64,000 nucleotides of DNA from a virus. Lineage: Duplodnaviria > Caudoviricetes. The stretch lies in the IMG/VR virus record IMGVR_UViG_3300034157_000065, positions 1-64,000 of that record, one strand, 5' to 3'. Both the position numbers and the translations under genes were made by a program. Positions 39,421 through 48,288 of the stretch are shown here, one piece after another. The notes under the pieces are model-generated. The model did no database searches. It had not been told where the DNA came from and was given only the letters and a program-made list of their open reading frames with translations. The stretch's first letter is position 1, and each line of letters begins with the position of its first letter.

Positions 39421-40209
39421 ATGCAAAATTATACATCAATTTCTAAACAAGATGCTATTGCTAAGTTTGGGCACTATTTTATTTTAGAAAGTTCTACTAA
39501 TCGCTTTGGATATGAGATTGTTGAAAAACTTGGTCAATATCATTCTATTTTTGACGATGAAGAAAGCATGGATTTTGAAGATGCCTGTGCATCACTTAAT
39601 GCCAAAGTGATGGTTGCTGCTCATAAAACTATTATCAACAATGATTTGATGTTGAATACATTCTCTAGTAAATGGGATCTTTTCTTTTACCGTAAGGGCT
39701 GGCTTAAACCAGAAAAGAGCCAGAAAATTTACGACTTTCTTGCAAAGAATGATCTAGCTCGTAGTAATTTGGAGTTGGTTCGTAACAATTTGAATTGTGA
39801 AATTGATTTTAAACTGTTCACTAAACATCTCCCTGATCAGTTTCATTTGCCTGTGACTTATTTTGAAAATGATAAAGTCTATTATCAATTTAAACATTCT
39901 AACAGCGTTAATAAACACAGTGAAGTGATTGAAGTTGTACCGTCTAGTATCGAAGTTTCTGTTGATAAAGATAATGTTATTTCTATGGAGGTAGCGTTTA
40001 GAAACCTTTCTGGTGATAAGGTAGATGGCATGGTTTCTACTCGTGATTTTAAACAATACAATGATCAGACTAATGTTAATCAGTATTTTGAAACAGGTTA
40101 CAGTGATACTTTTGTCTTTATTGATAAAGATGAGTGCAAGCGGTTTGCCATTGCAAAAATCAATAAGGATATTGAGCATTTTAAAAAATCCATTGAAGCA
40201 CTGTCTTAA
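39421..40209 (+). CDS. Hypothetical protein
   Basis: AGGAG RBS. Confidence 0.75.
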   Translation: MQNYTSISKQDAIAKFGHYFILESSTNRFGYEIVEKLGQYHSIFDDEESMDFEDACASLNAKVMVAAHKTIINNDLMLNTFSSKWDLFFYRKGWLKPEKSQKIYDFLAKNDLARSNLELVRNNLNCEIDFKLFTKHLPDQFHLPVTYFENDKVYYQFKHSNSVNKHSEVIEVVPSSIEVSVDKDNVISMEVAFRNLSGDKVDGMVSTRDFKQYNDQTNVNQYFETGYSDTFVFIDKDECKRFAIAKINKDIEHFKKSIEALS

Positions 40210-40260
40210 TCATTAAAGATCAGATACAAAAAAGCCTGATTGATTTCAGGCTTCTTTTTT

Positions 40261-41157
40261 TTAAATGTTTAACATGTCTAAGAAATCCATGTCTTTTTTA
40301 CTAAAATAATCTTTATTTTTAAAATCTTCCATCAATATATTGGGTTTTAATAATTCCATTAAGTCAGGTGTAATGTATTCATTTTTATAATAACAATGAA
40401 CTTCTAGTGGTTTGTTATCCATATCATAAATGATAATTGCAGGCACTATTCTTGATTCCTCTGGATTAATCGTCATGTTGACTATTACATTTAATTTCGT
40501 GTAGTGATACATTGCCATGTAGGATTTTTTTGAACCCGCATCTTTTATATCTTCTTCATGAGCCAAAATAACGGTAGACTCTTTAAATTCAATAATACTT
40601 GGTGTGTTTTCATCAAAGTAGTAATCAATCTTGTTATCAGTTTGTTTCAGGAATACTTTTTTAGATAAGATATAATGACGCTCTGTTTCTTCACATTCTT
40701 TGTCATATTTATCTATGTTGTCTATATCAATGTTTACTATCATTGAATTGTCATCAATAATATTATCCATGCAAGCATTCAATGCTTCGTACTTCTCGGT
40801 ATCTAAACTAATGAATTCACGACTAAACAGAATCTCTTGCAGATCATCAACCATGACATCTTTAATGTATTTTAGTCTTGGCTCAATTTCATGATAGTGT
40901 TTATATTCTGGTTTTTTATCGGCCTCTCTTTTAAACAACCTTGTGTTTTGGTAGTAGATTGGTCCTAACAATGATTTTAATGGATTGTTTTGAGCAAATA
41001 CATTGCCTATGTTTAAAGCATTGATATTGTTACCGATATTGTTACTGATGGAACTGTTTATAAATTTGTCTGCAATTTGATGGAGTTGTAAAAAATCGAC
41101 ATCACTTTCCCAATTCGTCTTGAAGATATTTTTGACTCTGATTGTATGTCGTGTCAT
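40261..41157 (-). CDS. Family C member (M-x-x-I tag)
   Basis: YYFDENTPS, VPAII, EVHCYYKN; ends DMDFLDMLNI. Confidence 0.8.
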   Translation of the reverse strand: MTRHTIRVKNIFKTNWESDVDFLQLHQIADKFINSSISNNIGNNINALNIGNVFAQNNPLKSLLGPIYYQNTRLFKREADKKPEYKHYHEIEPRLKYIKDVMVDDLQEILFSREFISLDTEKYEALNACMDNIIDDNSMIVNIDIDNIDKYDKECEETERHYILSKKVFLKQTDNKIDYYFDENTPSIIEFKESTVILAHEEDIKDAGSKKSYMAMYHYTKLNVIVNMTINPEESRIVPAIIIYDMDNKPLEVHCYYKNEYITPDLMELLKPNILMEDFKNKDYFSKKDMDFLDMLNI

Positions 41158-41169
41158 TTTGGTATCCTT

Positions 41170-42033
41170 TTAAATTAAGATCATGTCTAAGAATTCAATA
41201 TCTCTCACCGTAAAATACTCGGTAGATCTAAAATCTTCTTTTAATATATTTGGCTTCAATTCATTCAGTATTTCTTTTGCAATGTAGTCATTTTTATAAC
41301 AACAGTGAACTTCTAGTGGTTCTCCTTTCATATTTTCTATAATAATAGCTGGAACCACTTTGTTTTCATCTGGATTCACTATTGTATGTACTTTAATACC
41401 TAGTTGAGTGTAATGGTGTAGTTTAAGGTAGGTGCTTTTATTATCCTCAAAAACAAAATGATCAAACCCAGTGATTTTTTTGTCATTCTTTTCTCTGTAT
41501 ACACTTGGACAGTTTTCATTAAAATAAGGAATAAAATTAGACTCATTTTGTATTTTAAAATCTTTTCTTACTAATGTCATTCTTCCGTTGCATGTTCTAA
41601 ACTCCAGATCGATGACTAAACCTTCTGGTAACGTCATCTGATTGATACCGTTTTTTATCCATTCAGCATCTTTCTCATCGAATGTAATAAATTCATTATC
41701 AAATAAGAACGCTTTAAAGTTTTCAACAGTAAACTCATCTTTGTATGCTGGCATCATTTTATTTTCAGGGTAAACATTGAATTCAGGTATTTGAATTTTC
41801 TTTGTGCTCACTTTATTATTTGTATGGTTTTGATAATACATTGATTTTAAACCTGTTGGAGTAAAACTAGCCATAAGGTCACGTAAGAATTTTGGATTGC
41901 TGAATGCAAAAGGATTTACCGTATTTGATAACTTATCAGCACCTATAACAATCAAACCATCTATATGGTTATCTTCAACTTCTGGGTAAATCGTTATTCT
42001 ATGTTTTGATTTGTTTGCCATTGTATTCTCCAT
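41170..42033 (-). CDS. Family C member (M-x-x-I tag)
   Basis: YFNENCPS, VPAII, EVHCCYKN; ends DIEFLDMILI. Confidence 0.8.
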   Translation of the reverse strand: MENTMANKSKHRITIYPEVEDNHIDGLIVIGADKLSNTVNPFAFSNPKFLRDLMASFTPTGLKSMYYQNHTNNKVSTKKIQIPEFNVYPENKMMPAYKDEFTVENFKAFLFDNEFITFDEKDAEWIKNGINQMTLPEGLVIDLEFRTCNGRMTLVRKDFKIQNESNFIPYFNENCPSVYREKNDKKITGFDHFVFEDNKSTYLKLHHYTQLGIKVHTIVNPDENKVVPAIIIENMKGEPLEVHCCYKNDYIAKEILNELKPNILKEDFRSTEYFTVRDIEFLDMILI

Positions 42034-42051
42034 TTGCTTTTACTTTTATTT

Positions 42052-42918
42052 TCAAATCATTACCATGTCTAAGAACTCTATGTCCCTTTTATCAAAGTAG
42101 CCATCATCTTTAAAGTTTTCTGATAAAATGTTAGGTTTTATTTCTTTTATAAGATCATTTGAAATATACTGATTTTTATAATAACAGTGGACTTCAAGTG
42201 GATGGTCATCAAGATCAGTTACTACAATAGCAGGCACGATTCTTTCAGCCACTGGGTTTTTGATTAGTCTGACCCATATACCAAGTTCTTTGTAATAATG
42301 GAGTTCCATATAGCTCTGTTTTGTTTCATAGTTAAAAACATTATTACTACTGATAATATTTGAATTTTTACATTCGATAACGCTTGGTTTTGAATTATCG
42401 AAGTAGTAGACCAATTCATTATCAATATTTTTTACGAATGTTTTCTTGTTCGCAAAAAGCTTCTCTTTATCGTTTACAAAGCTTAAATGGACTGTCATAT
42501 CAGCATTGTCAACTGAATTGTCTAACAGTTCAATAATCGTAGCCTCATCTTCGCTGACGATAACAAACTCATTGTTGTACAAAAATTCTTTAAAATTGGT
42601 AAGATTGATGTCCATTAGATGTTCATATTTCTTTTCATTTTTTGGATAGCTATTGAATTTAGGAAAGGACTCAATCCAAGAATCAAATAGCGTCATGTTC
42701 ATCGGCGTTATAGGTGGCATATTTAGTATAGGTAATGAAAATGTTGATTTAGTTCTTGGCTGCACACCATTTTGGCTTACACTTTGACTTAAACTTTGTT
42801 TTGTATTATTCCAAAAATGTGAAGGTGTCGGCATCCCAAACAAAAGATCTTCGTCTCCCCAATTAAGGCCATGAATGAAATTTATTGTTATTTTATGTCT
42901 TGACATAATGTTCTCCAA
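42052..42918 (-). CDS. Family C member (M-x-x-I tag)
   Basis: YYFDNSKPS, VPAIV, EVHCYYKN; ends DIEFLDMVMI. Confidence 0.8.
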   Translation of the reverse strand: MENIMSRHKITINFIHGLNWGDEDLLFGMPTPSHFWNNTKQSLSQSVSQNGVQPRTKSTFSLPILNMPPITPMNMTLFDSWIESFPKFNSYPKNEKKYEHLMDINLTNFKEFLYNNEFVIVSEDEATIIELLDNSVDNADMTVHLSFVNDKEKLFANKKTFVKNIDNELVYYFDNSKPSVIECKNSNIISSNNVFNYETKQSYMELHYYKELGIWVRLIKNPVAERIVPAIVVTDLDDHPLEVHCYYKNQYISNDLIKEIKPNILSENFKDDGYFDKRDIEFLDMVMI

Positions 42919-43000
42919 AGACCTTATACCTTATCACAAATTTACTTAAAAATCCAGCTTTTTCTTTACCCTAAAAAGCATTAAAAAATAAAAAAAGATG

Positions 43001-43029
43001 TTGCCATTTTCAAAAAACATTGATAGAAT
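43001..43029 (+). promoter_or_regulatory. sigma70 promoter with no long ORF downstream
   Basis: TTGCCA-17 nt-TAGAAT with extended TG. Confidence 0.75.
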
Positions 43030-43035
43030 ACAAAC

Positions 43036-43164
43036 ACTTAAACAAAGGCAGTAAATAAAGGTTGAAAACACCGAAGGTCGTAAATGCTAGTCGCCACAAA
43101 CCAGCTTGTAGGCAAGCAGTTCAATAGAACACTTTACGGCATCTTGAACTATTTATTCACTTAA
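43036..43164 (+). ncRNA. Candidate structured small RNA (or mRNA for a 26-aa peptide, 43084..43164)
   Basis: Nested pairings 43051-66/43144-60, 43077-84/43133-40, TGCT/AGCA, GCC/GGC, ACAA/TTGT; richer in GC than flanks; own promoter. Confidence 0.45.
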
Positions 43165-43202
43165 TATTGGAGTATTTTAAGATGTAAATTTTAAAAATAA
43201 TA

Positions 43203-43231
43203 TTGACAACAAAGCATAATAGAGATAGAAT
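43203..43231 (+). promoter_or_regulatory. sigma70 promoter
   Basis: TTGACA-17 nt-TAGAAT. Confidence 0.8.
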
Positions 43232-43275
43232 TAACCCGCAACAAACAAACTTAAATAGAATTGGAGATCTACAAC

Positions 43276-43395
43276 ATGGCACAAAGCGAAAAAGTAAAAC
43301 GTGAAATTGAACTGGCCCACCGTAAACGTGAGTCTGAAGTTGAAGCCCAAAAAGAACGTGACTGGTCACGTCATGAAAAGAATTCTCGCAAGTAA
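43276..43395 (+). CDS. 39-aa charged helical peptide, absent from the ORF track (MAQSEKVKREIELAHRKRESEVEAQKERDWSRHEKNSRK)
   Basis: Own promoter, GGAG RBS, biased codons, terminator at ~43415-43440. Confidence 0.75.
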   Translation: MAQSEKVKREIELAHRKRESEVEAQKERDWSRHEKNSRK

Positions 43396-43462
43396 GTCTT
43401 GATTGAGACATAAACAAAAAACCCCTTCTTGGGGTTTTTTCTTTTTTACTCTATTTTTAAAA

Positions 43463-43882
43463 TTAGTGGTTGTTACTTGTTGTTACTATTTCAGTTTTTT
43501 CATAACCTAATGTTTTTCTGTATGCCTCTATGATCTCTTTTTCCAATTCTGCTTTCTTAATCTTTCCTATTGTTAATACACTTAACAACTCTCTTACATG
43601 ACTGGCGTCAAATTCATGTTTGACAAGAGCGTCCACAACATAATTTTTGATTTCATCATTTCTTAACATTTTTATTTTTTTCTTTTTTAATTCAACTACT
43701 TTTTTATATTTTCTTGCATTGTACTTCTTCTGACAAAAAGAACAAATGGTAGAAAGTATAATTAATCCCACAAATAAAGCGATGAATTCAGGTAACTTAT
43801 CTGGAGCGGCATGGTAAACTGTTGCAAAAGATAGAAAAAGAACCATAATAATTGCCATAACTGCGATAACCAAATGAAACAT
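43463..43882 (-). CDS. 2-TM membrane protein
   Basis: AGGAG RBS; hydrophobic N-terminus. Confidence 0.7.
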   Translation of the reverse strand: MFHLVIAVMAIIMVLFLSFATVYHAAPDKLPEFIALFVGLIILSTICSFCQKKYNARKYKKVVELKKKKIKMLRNDEIKNYVVDALVKHEFDASHVRELLSVLTIGKIKKAELEKEIIEAYRKTLGYEKTEIVTTSNNH

Positions 43883-44057
43883 TGTAAACTCCTTTTTAAT
43901 TATTGATTAAAAAAGCTTACCATTTAAAACAATCAATTCAAATTTTATTTATTATATTATAGTCTTTTTAGTTTTTTTGATTTTAATTTACGTTGAATAA
44001 ATTCAAATGTTTTAATTATATGGTATGATATAAATAAACAATAATAATTTATTAAAA

Positions 44058-45524
44058 ATGGATAGTTTTCAAAAACTTCATAATATAAAAGAAGCCTTCG
44101 ATGATAGACTTTATCAAACAGAAGACTTTAAAATCACAAAAGGATTACTTTATGATTTTGGTTCATATCTTGAACAAAACAAGGGCGTTTTGTATGGCTT
44201 ATTAGGAGCGTCAATTTTTAATATTGCTGCCAATGCTCTTCCAGTCAATAATACGGCTACTGCACCCACCTTTAATAATCCTGTTGTGATCGAACAAATG
44301 AAGAATAAACTTGATTCTAATTTGATTAATCGCCGTGGTATGGATGTTTATTCCAAAATAGAAAGTTTCAAAGCGGCTGCTCAATTGGGTAACACCATTC
44401 AGAATCATAAGTATATTGGACATGAAATTCATGAACTTAATGCGGATACCATTAAAGGCTTAAAAGATGATGTAGCTGGCACTGTCAAAGTGTTTGAAAA
44501 CCCATTCTGGAAAGGTAACTACATTGAAATAAATGTAACCAAAGACCAGTCCAACCAGTTTGTCTTTCCTAACCCTTATGCATTTGAAGCCACTTCAAAG
44601 AACTCATTATTGTTAGTTGATAACAGTGAACAAAAATTATATTACAATAATCAACAAGCCATTGAATATGCAAAATACAGTGGAACTACCAATATTGACT
44701 TGATGACTAAATATATTGTCTACCATGAGTCAGCACATGCTTCTTTTAGGCAAGCATTTAGGTTAGGTTCTGATATGGATCTTTTAAAAGGCGAAGTCCA
44801 TTCAGATATCACTGCATTAACCATGATTGGTGTTGAATCTAGAAGTTTAACTGAATTTAATGAAGCAGCAGATATGCTTATGCAATTAAGAGTTAAGTCC
44901 TTAGAAGCTGGTGATTATGGTCACAATGACTCTTATGCGATTAGTGAATTAAAGAAAGTTATCAATGAAAACCCTGATCTATTAAAGATGAAAGTTACTG
45001 ACATTGCAGAGTTCTCGTATATCTTAACAGATACTCTTTTCAAAGAAAATGTTAAACAAAATAATTTACAATTATTAGAGCGACTTGGTATTACGCTTGA
45101 TAGAAAAAGTATTTTCAATGATTTAAAAGCGAATAGAAATTTAGATTTATATGATTCAGTTGGTGTTAAATTGACCAATAACTATGGTTTCAGAAGTGAA
45201 ACTATTACCATGAGTGGAATTGATTCAAGAATTGAAAACTTTGCTAAAAAGATAGAAAAAGAAATGAAAGACCATATGCAGTTCGATGCTGTCAGTACGT
45301 TAATGTTTAGAGATAATGGTGGGGATGTTGGCAGAACGACGAAGGCTATTCACAACAATGTGAAAACCCATCCGATCATTTCACAAGCAGTGATTGATCC
45401 TATTAAACAAAAAGTGCATATAGATGGTTTAGAATACGATTTGTCAAAAGTGAACGATATTCGATTACAACAGATTGCAAAAGAATCTCAAACCTATATC
45501 AACAAACAAAACTACAAAATATAA
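44058..45524 (+). CDS. Zinc metalloprotease-like protein (HExxH...E) with an N-terminal hydrophobic segment and basic tail
   Basis: YIVYHESAH followed by GEVHSD about 16 aa later; ends INKQNYKI. Confidence 0.65.
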   Translation: MDSFQKLHNIKEAFDDRLYQTEDFKITKGLLYDFGSYLEQNKGVLYGLLGASIFNIAANALPVNNTATAPTFNNPVVIEQMKNKLDSNLINRRGMDVYSKIESFKAAAQLGNTIQNHKYIGHEIHELNADTIKGLKDDVAGTVKVFENPFWKGNYIEINVTKDQSNQFVFPNPYAFEATSKNSLLLVDNSEQKLYYNNQQAIEYAKYSGTTNIDLMTKYIVYHESAHASFRQAFRLGSDMDLLKGEVHSDITALTMIGVESRSLTEFNEAADMLMQLRVKSLEAGDYGHNDSYAISELKKVINENPDLLKMKVTDIAEFSYILTDTLFKENVKQNNLQLLERLGITLDRKSIFNDLKANRNLDLYDSVGVKLTNNYGFRSETITMSGIDSRIENFAKKIEKEMKDHMQFDAVSTLMFRDNGGDVGRTTKAIHNNVKTHPIISQAVIDPIKQKVHIDGLEYDLSKVNDIRLQQIAKESQTYINKQNYKI

Positions 45525-45568
45525 AAAAGGCACTAAGGTGCCTTTCTATCTCATTTAAACTCATCTGG

Positions 45569-46132
45569 TTATTGTTGGATTTGGATGTTTAAGTTAGTTC
45601 CCGCACTCCAACTATTCCACATGTCGCAAGTGCTTGTAAAACGATAAGAGATGAAGGTTGGGAATGCACTATTACTTTTTGTTCCTGTGTAGCTAGCACC
45701 ATTCCAATTCATAGATAAAGAAGGTGGTAAGCTATCGTATTGTCCGTTATTTAATAATTGAAAAGCATAAACACATGAACCGCCACTTGGATAACCATAG
45801 ACTTGTCCTACTGTTTCATTTACATCATTTATTTTAATACTGTTTTTATCAATTCCCCCATAATTACCGGCAATACCACCACAAATAGAGTTTATAGCAA
45901 ATCCTTTTAATTTACTAACACAGACAGCATAGTTTGGATGGAGGCCAACGGTTATATTATGAACAGATAATCCAGTATCTGGCTCCGGTTCTTCTGGAAC
46001 TGTTGGTGTTTCATCTGGATTATTAATAAAATTTATTGGTACATTTGTTTTGATAACTACTTCATATGCACTGAATGCGATTGTTGGACATGTTAATAGG
46101 AAAACCACTGTTGAAAGATGTTTTATGTTCAT
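45569..46132 (-). CDS. Secreted beta-rich protein of the adhesin-like family
   Basis: Signal peptide ending AFS/A; YEVVIK...INF motif; Pro/Glu linker; Cys pairs. Confidence 0.75.
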   Translation of the reverse strand: MNIKHLSTVVFLLTCPTIAFSAYEVVIKTNVPINFINNPDETPTVPEEPEPDTGLSVHNITVGLHPNYAVCVSKLKGFAINSICGGIAGNYGGIDKNSIKINDVNETVGQVYGYPSGGSCVYAFQLLNNGQYDSLPPSLSMNWNGASYTGTKSNSAFPTFISYRFTSTCDMWNSWSAGTNLNIQIQQ

Positions 46133-46285
46133 TTTTTTTTATTTTATTATTGTTATCTTTATTTTAACATGCGGCCAAATAGTGTCAATTTAATCTATTA
46201 TTTCGTCTGTTTGTTCGAAAAAAAATTGTGATGGCTTATTTGTTGTGTTATCATTGGTCATCTTAAACAGAGCGGAGTTATCGAA

Positions 46286-46516
46286 ATGACCATTAACGTT
46301 AAAGACGAAGTTGTGATGAAAGCGAGTGTTATTAAACGCACTAATCATTCAGATTTTGCAAAACACTTCAAAGGTGTTGTTACGCAGATTGTTGGTAACA
46401 CTGCAGATGTTCAAACGGCTACGGGCATTCGTTCGGTTCCTGTTGCTAATCTTGCTATTGTTCGCAATGTATTTGATGCTCGGACCAACAAGTCATCTCG
46501 CCTTATTGTTGATTAA
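46286..46516 (+). CDS. Small SH3/KOW-like protein
   Basis: GGAG RBS; INVKDEV...GVVTQI...VQT. Confidence 0.7.
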   Translation: MTINVKDEVVMKASVIKRTNHSDFAKHFKGVVTQIVGNTADVQTATGIRSVPVANLAIVRNVFDARTNKSSRLIVD

Positions 46517-47091
46517 TTTTCCTGTATATATAACATCCTTTTTCCAGACCATACATTTTTGTTGGCTAGTAGTCTAATAACCATGTATGTTTCTGGTTGA
46601 TCGTAAGATTCTGTTTTACGAGTTGTGTATTGTGGTTGTTTGTCACTGTCTAAATCAAAAGAAAAAGTGTCAATTTTTAGTCCTTGTGGAATTGAAATTC
46701 GTTCAATACCTTTTGACACATCATCTTTGGTAAATATGTTTTCTTCTGTATTCATTGAGTCTTGTTGAAATCCTTTTTCGTTAAAGCACGCAATTAAAGT
46801 GATATCTTGGTCAGTCTTATTTTTCTTGGAAAGACAAATCTGTTCATACACATCAGTGATAGCTCTATCTCTTGTACTGATCGATGGACTGTACATTTTT
46901 GTGTTTAAACTGACATTAATAGTTTTCTTGTTTTCAGGTATTTCGATAGCGGTTGATCCTGATTCCAATGAATAGATTTTATACTCTGGTTCAACATTCT
47001 TTTCATTATCTTTTGAATCCTTATGCGTTGTACAGGCTGATACCAGCACCACGACTGCACTCAGTAAGATAAGTTTATTCATTTTCATCAT
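46513..47091 (-). CDS. Lipoprotein
   Basis: Lipobox LVSAC. Confidence 0.75.
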   Translation of the reverse strand: MMKMNKLILLSAVVVLVSACTTHKDSKDNEKNVEPEYKIYSLESGSTAIEIPENKKTINVSLNTKMYSPSISTRDRAITDVYEQICLSKKNKTDQDITLIACFNEKGFQQDSMNTEENIFTKDDVSKGIERISIPQGLKIDTFSFDLDSDKQPQYTTRKTESYDQPETYMVIRLLANKNVWSGKRMLYIQEN

Positions 47092-47223
47092 TTAGACCTC
47101 TTTATGCTTAATTTTGCAAGTTATCATATCAATTTTTTCTTTTAAGTCAATGATAAAGTGATTGATGGTATAGCAGTATTGTGCTATAATTTATCTTCAT
47201 AAATAGCACTCATCGGAGTTCAC

Positions 47224-47718
47224 ATGTTTAAACCTCTCGTTATTTTTGTTGCAATGCTTTTTTCTGCCATCGTATCGGCAGCCAGTATTCCAATGAACAA
47301 GGTGTCCTTTAATGGGATTGACTTTTCAATGGGAAAAAGTGCTCTGACCGCCCGTGGTTATTCCTGCATGGGTGAAGAATGCCATAAAGATGACCTTTCT
47401 GTTACTTTTGAGCATGAAAAAATGAAACGAATGGTCAGCAACGTTGAATATCGTTTAGAGTTGGATTGTGAAAAAATGATTGTAGGCATCAACGATTCTA
47501 TTTTCAAACGTTATCTAGTCGAACAGAATTATAATCCTACAGGGCCGGGGCGTGCTGACCCTAGTAAGACATCTCGTATCATCAACAGTGATGGTGGTAA
47601 AATTACAATGAATGTTGAGTGTTCAGTTGGAAAACGCTATGCGGGTGTATCTACCATTACTACTGAGATGTATTTCACAGACCTTCCAGTCAATATCTTT
47701 GCCGCTTCGCTTAAATAA
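47224..47718 (+). CDS. Secreted/periplasmic protein
   Basis: Signal peptide ending VSA; Cys pairs. Confidence 0.75.
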   Translation: MFKPLVIFVAMLFSAIVSAASIPMNKVSFNGIDFSMGKSALTARGYSCMGEECHKDDLSVTFEHEKMKRMVSNVEYRLELDCEKMIVGINDSIFKRYLVEQNYNPTGPGRADPSKTSRIINSDGGKITMNVECSVGKRYAGVSTITTEMYFTDLPVNIFAASLK

Positions 47719-47720
47719 GG

Positions 47721-48224
47721 ATGGATATTATGGATAACATCAGTGTACGGAAGTCTCCTAAATTTAATCGTTTACTTTTTGGTGATGATAACGTGCTTAT
47801 TTTGAGTAATAAGCATATGCAAGTTCATACTGATGTTTATCCATTGCTTGAAGAAGCCTTTTCCATGTTTACACCTACAAAAGAAACCATTCAGAAAACT
47901 GTGGTTACGTTTGATCGTATCATAGGCTCCACTATTTGCGTTAAAACAACGCCAGAAGATGAAATTGTGTATGCAAAGAGGAAGGGACGTAAATGGAAGT
48001 CTAGAATGGTTAAAAACAGAACCCCTACGCCTTCTGATGAGTTGACCTTTGTTGTTAAACGATGTAAGAATAACATTTACCGCTTATTGACCGCTTATGT
48101 AGGTGGACAATCAGAACGTGAACCCGATGATACCAATATTCGCACAGATGAAGAATATGATCGATGTGTTGAATTTTGGAGCAATCATGCACTTCTTTAC
48201 ATTGAAGAAGACATTGCTCATTAA
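47721..48224 (+). CDS. Conserved-looking hypothetical protein
   Basis: IVYAKRKGR, LLTAYVG, EP, FWSNHAL motifs. Confidence 0.75.
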   Translation: MDIMDNISVRKSPKFNRLLFGDDNVLILSNKHMQVHTDVYPLLEEAFSMFTPTKETIQKTVVTFDRIIGSTICVKTTPEDEIVYAKRKGRKWKSRMVKNRTPTPSDELTFVVKRCKNNIYRLLTAYVGGQSEREPDDTNIRTDEEYDRCVEFWSNHALLYIEEDIAH

Positions 48225-48288
48225 TTGATACTTAATTTTAAATACAAAAAAGACCTTTTTCAAGGTCTTTTTATTTTTTATCTATCTT

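Noticed and set aside
42995-43150. Calling the RNA candidate 6S RNA (CGGCATCTT resembles the 6S 3' stem and could pair with AAGATGTTG upstream)
   Set aside because: The pairing partner overlaps the -35 box and would not be transcribed from this promoter, and the unit is shorter than typical 6S RNA. Kept only as an unassigned candidate.
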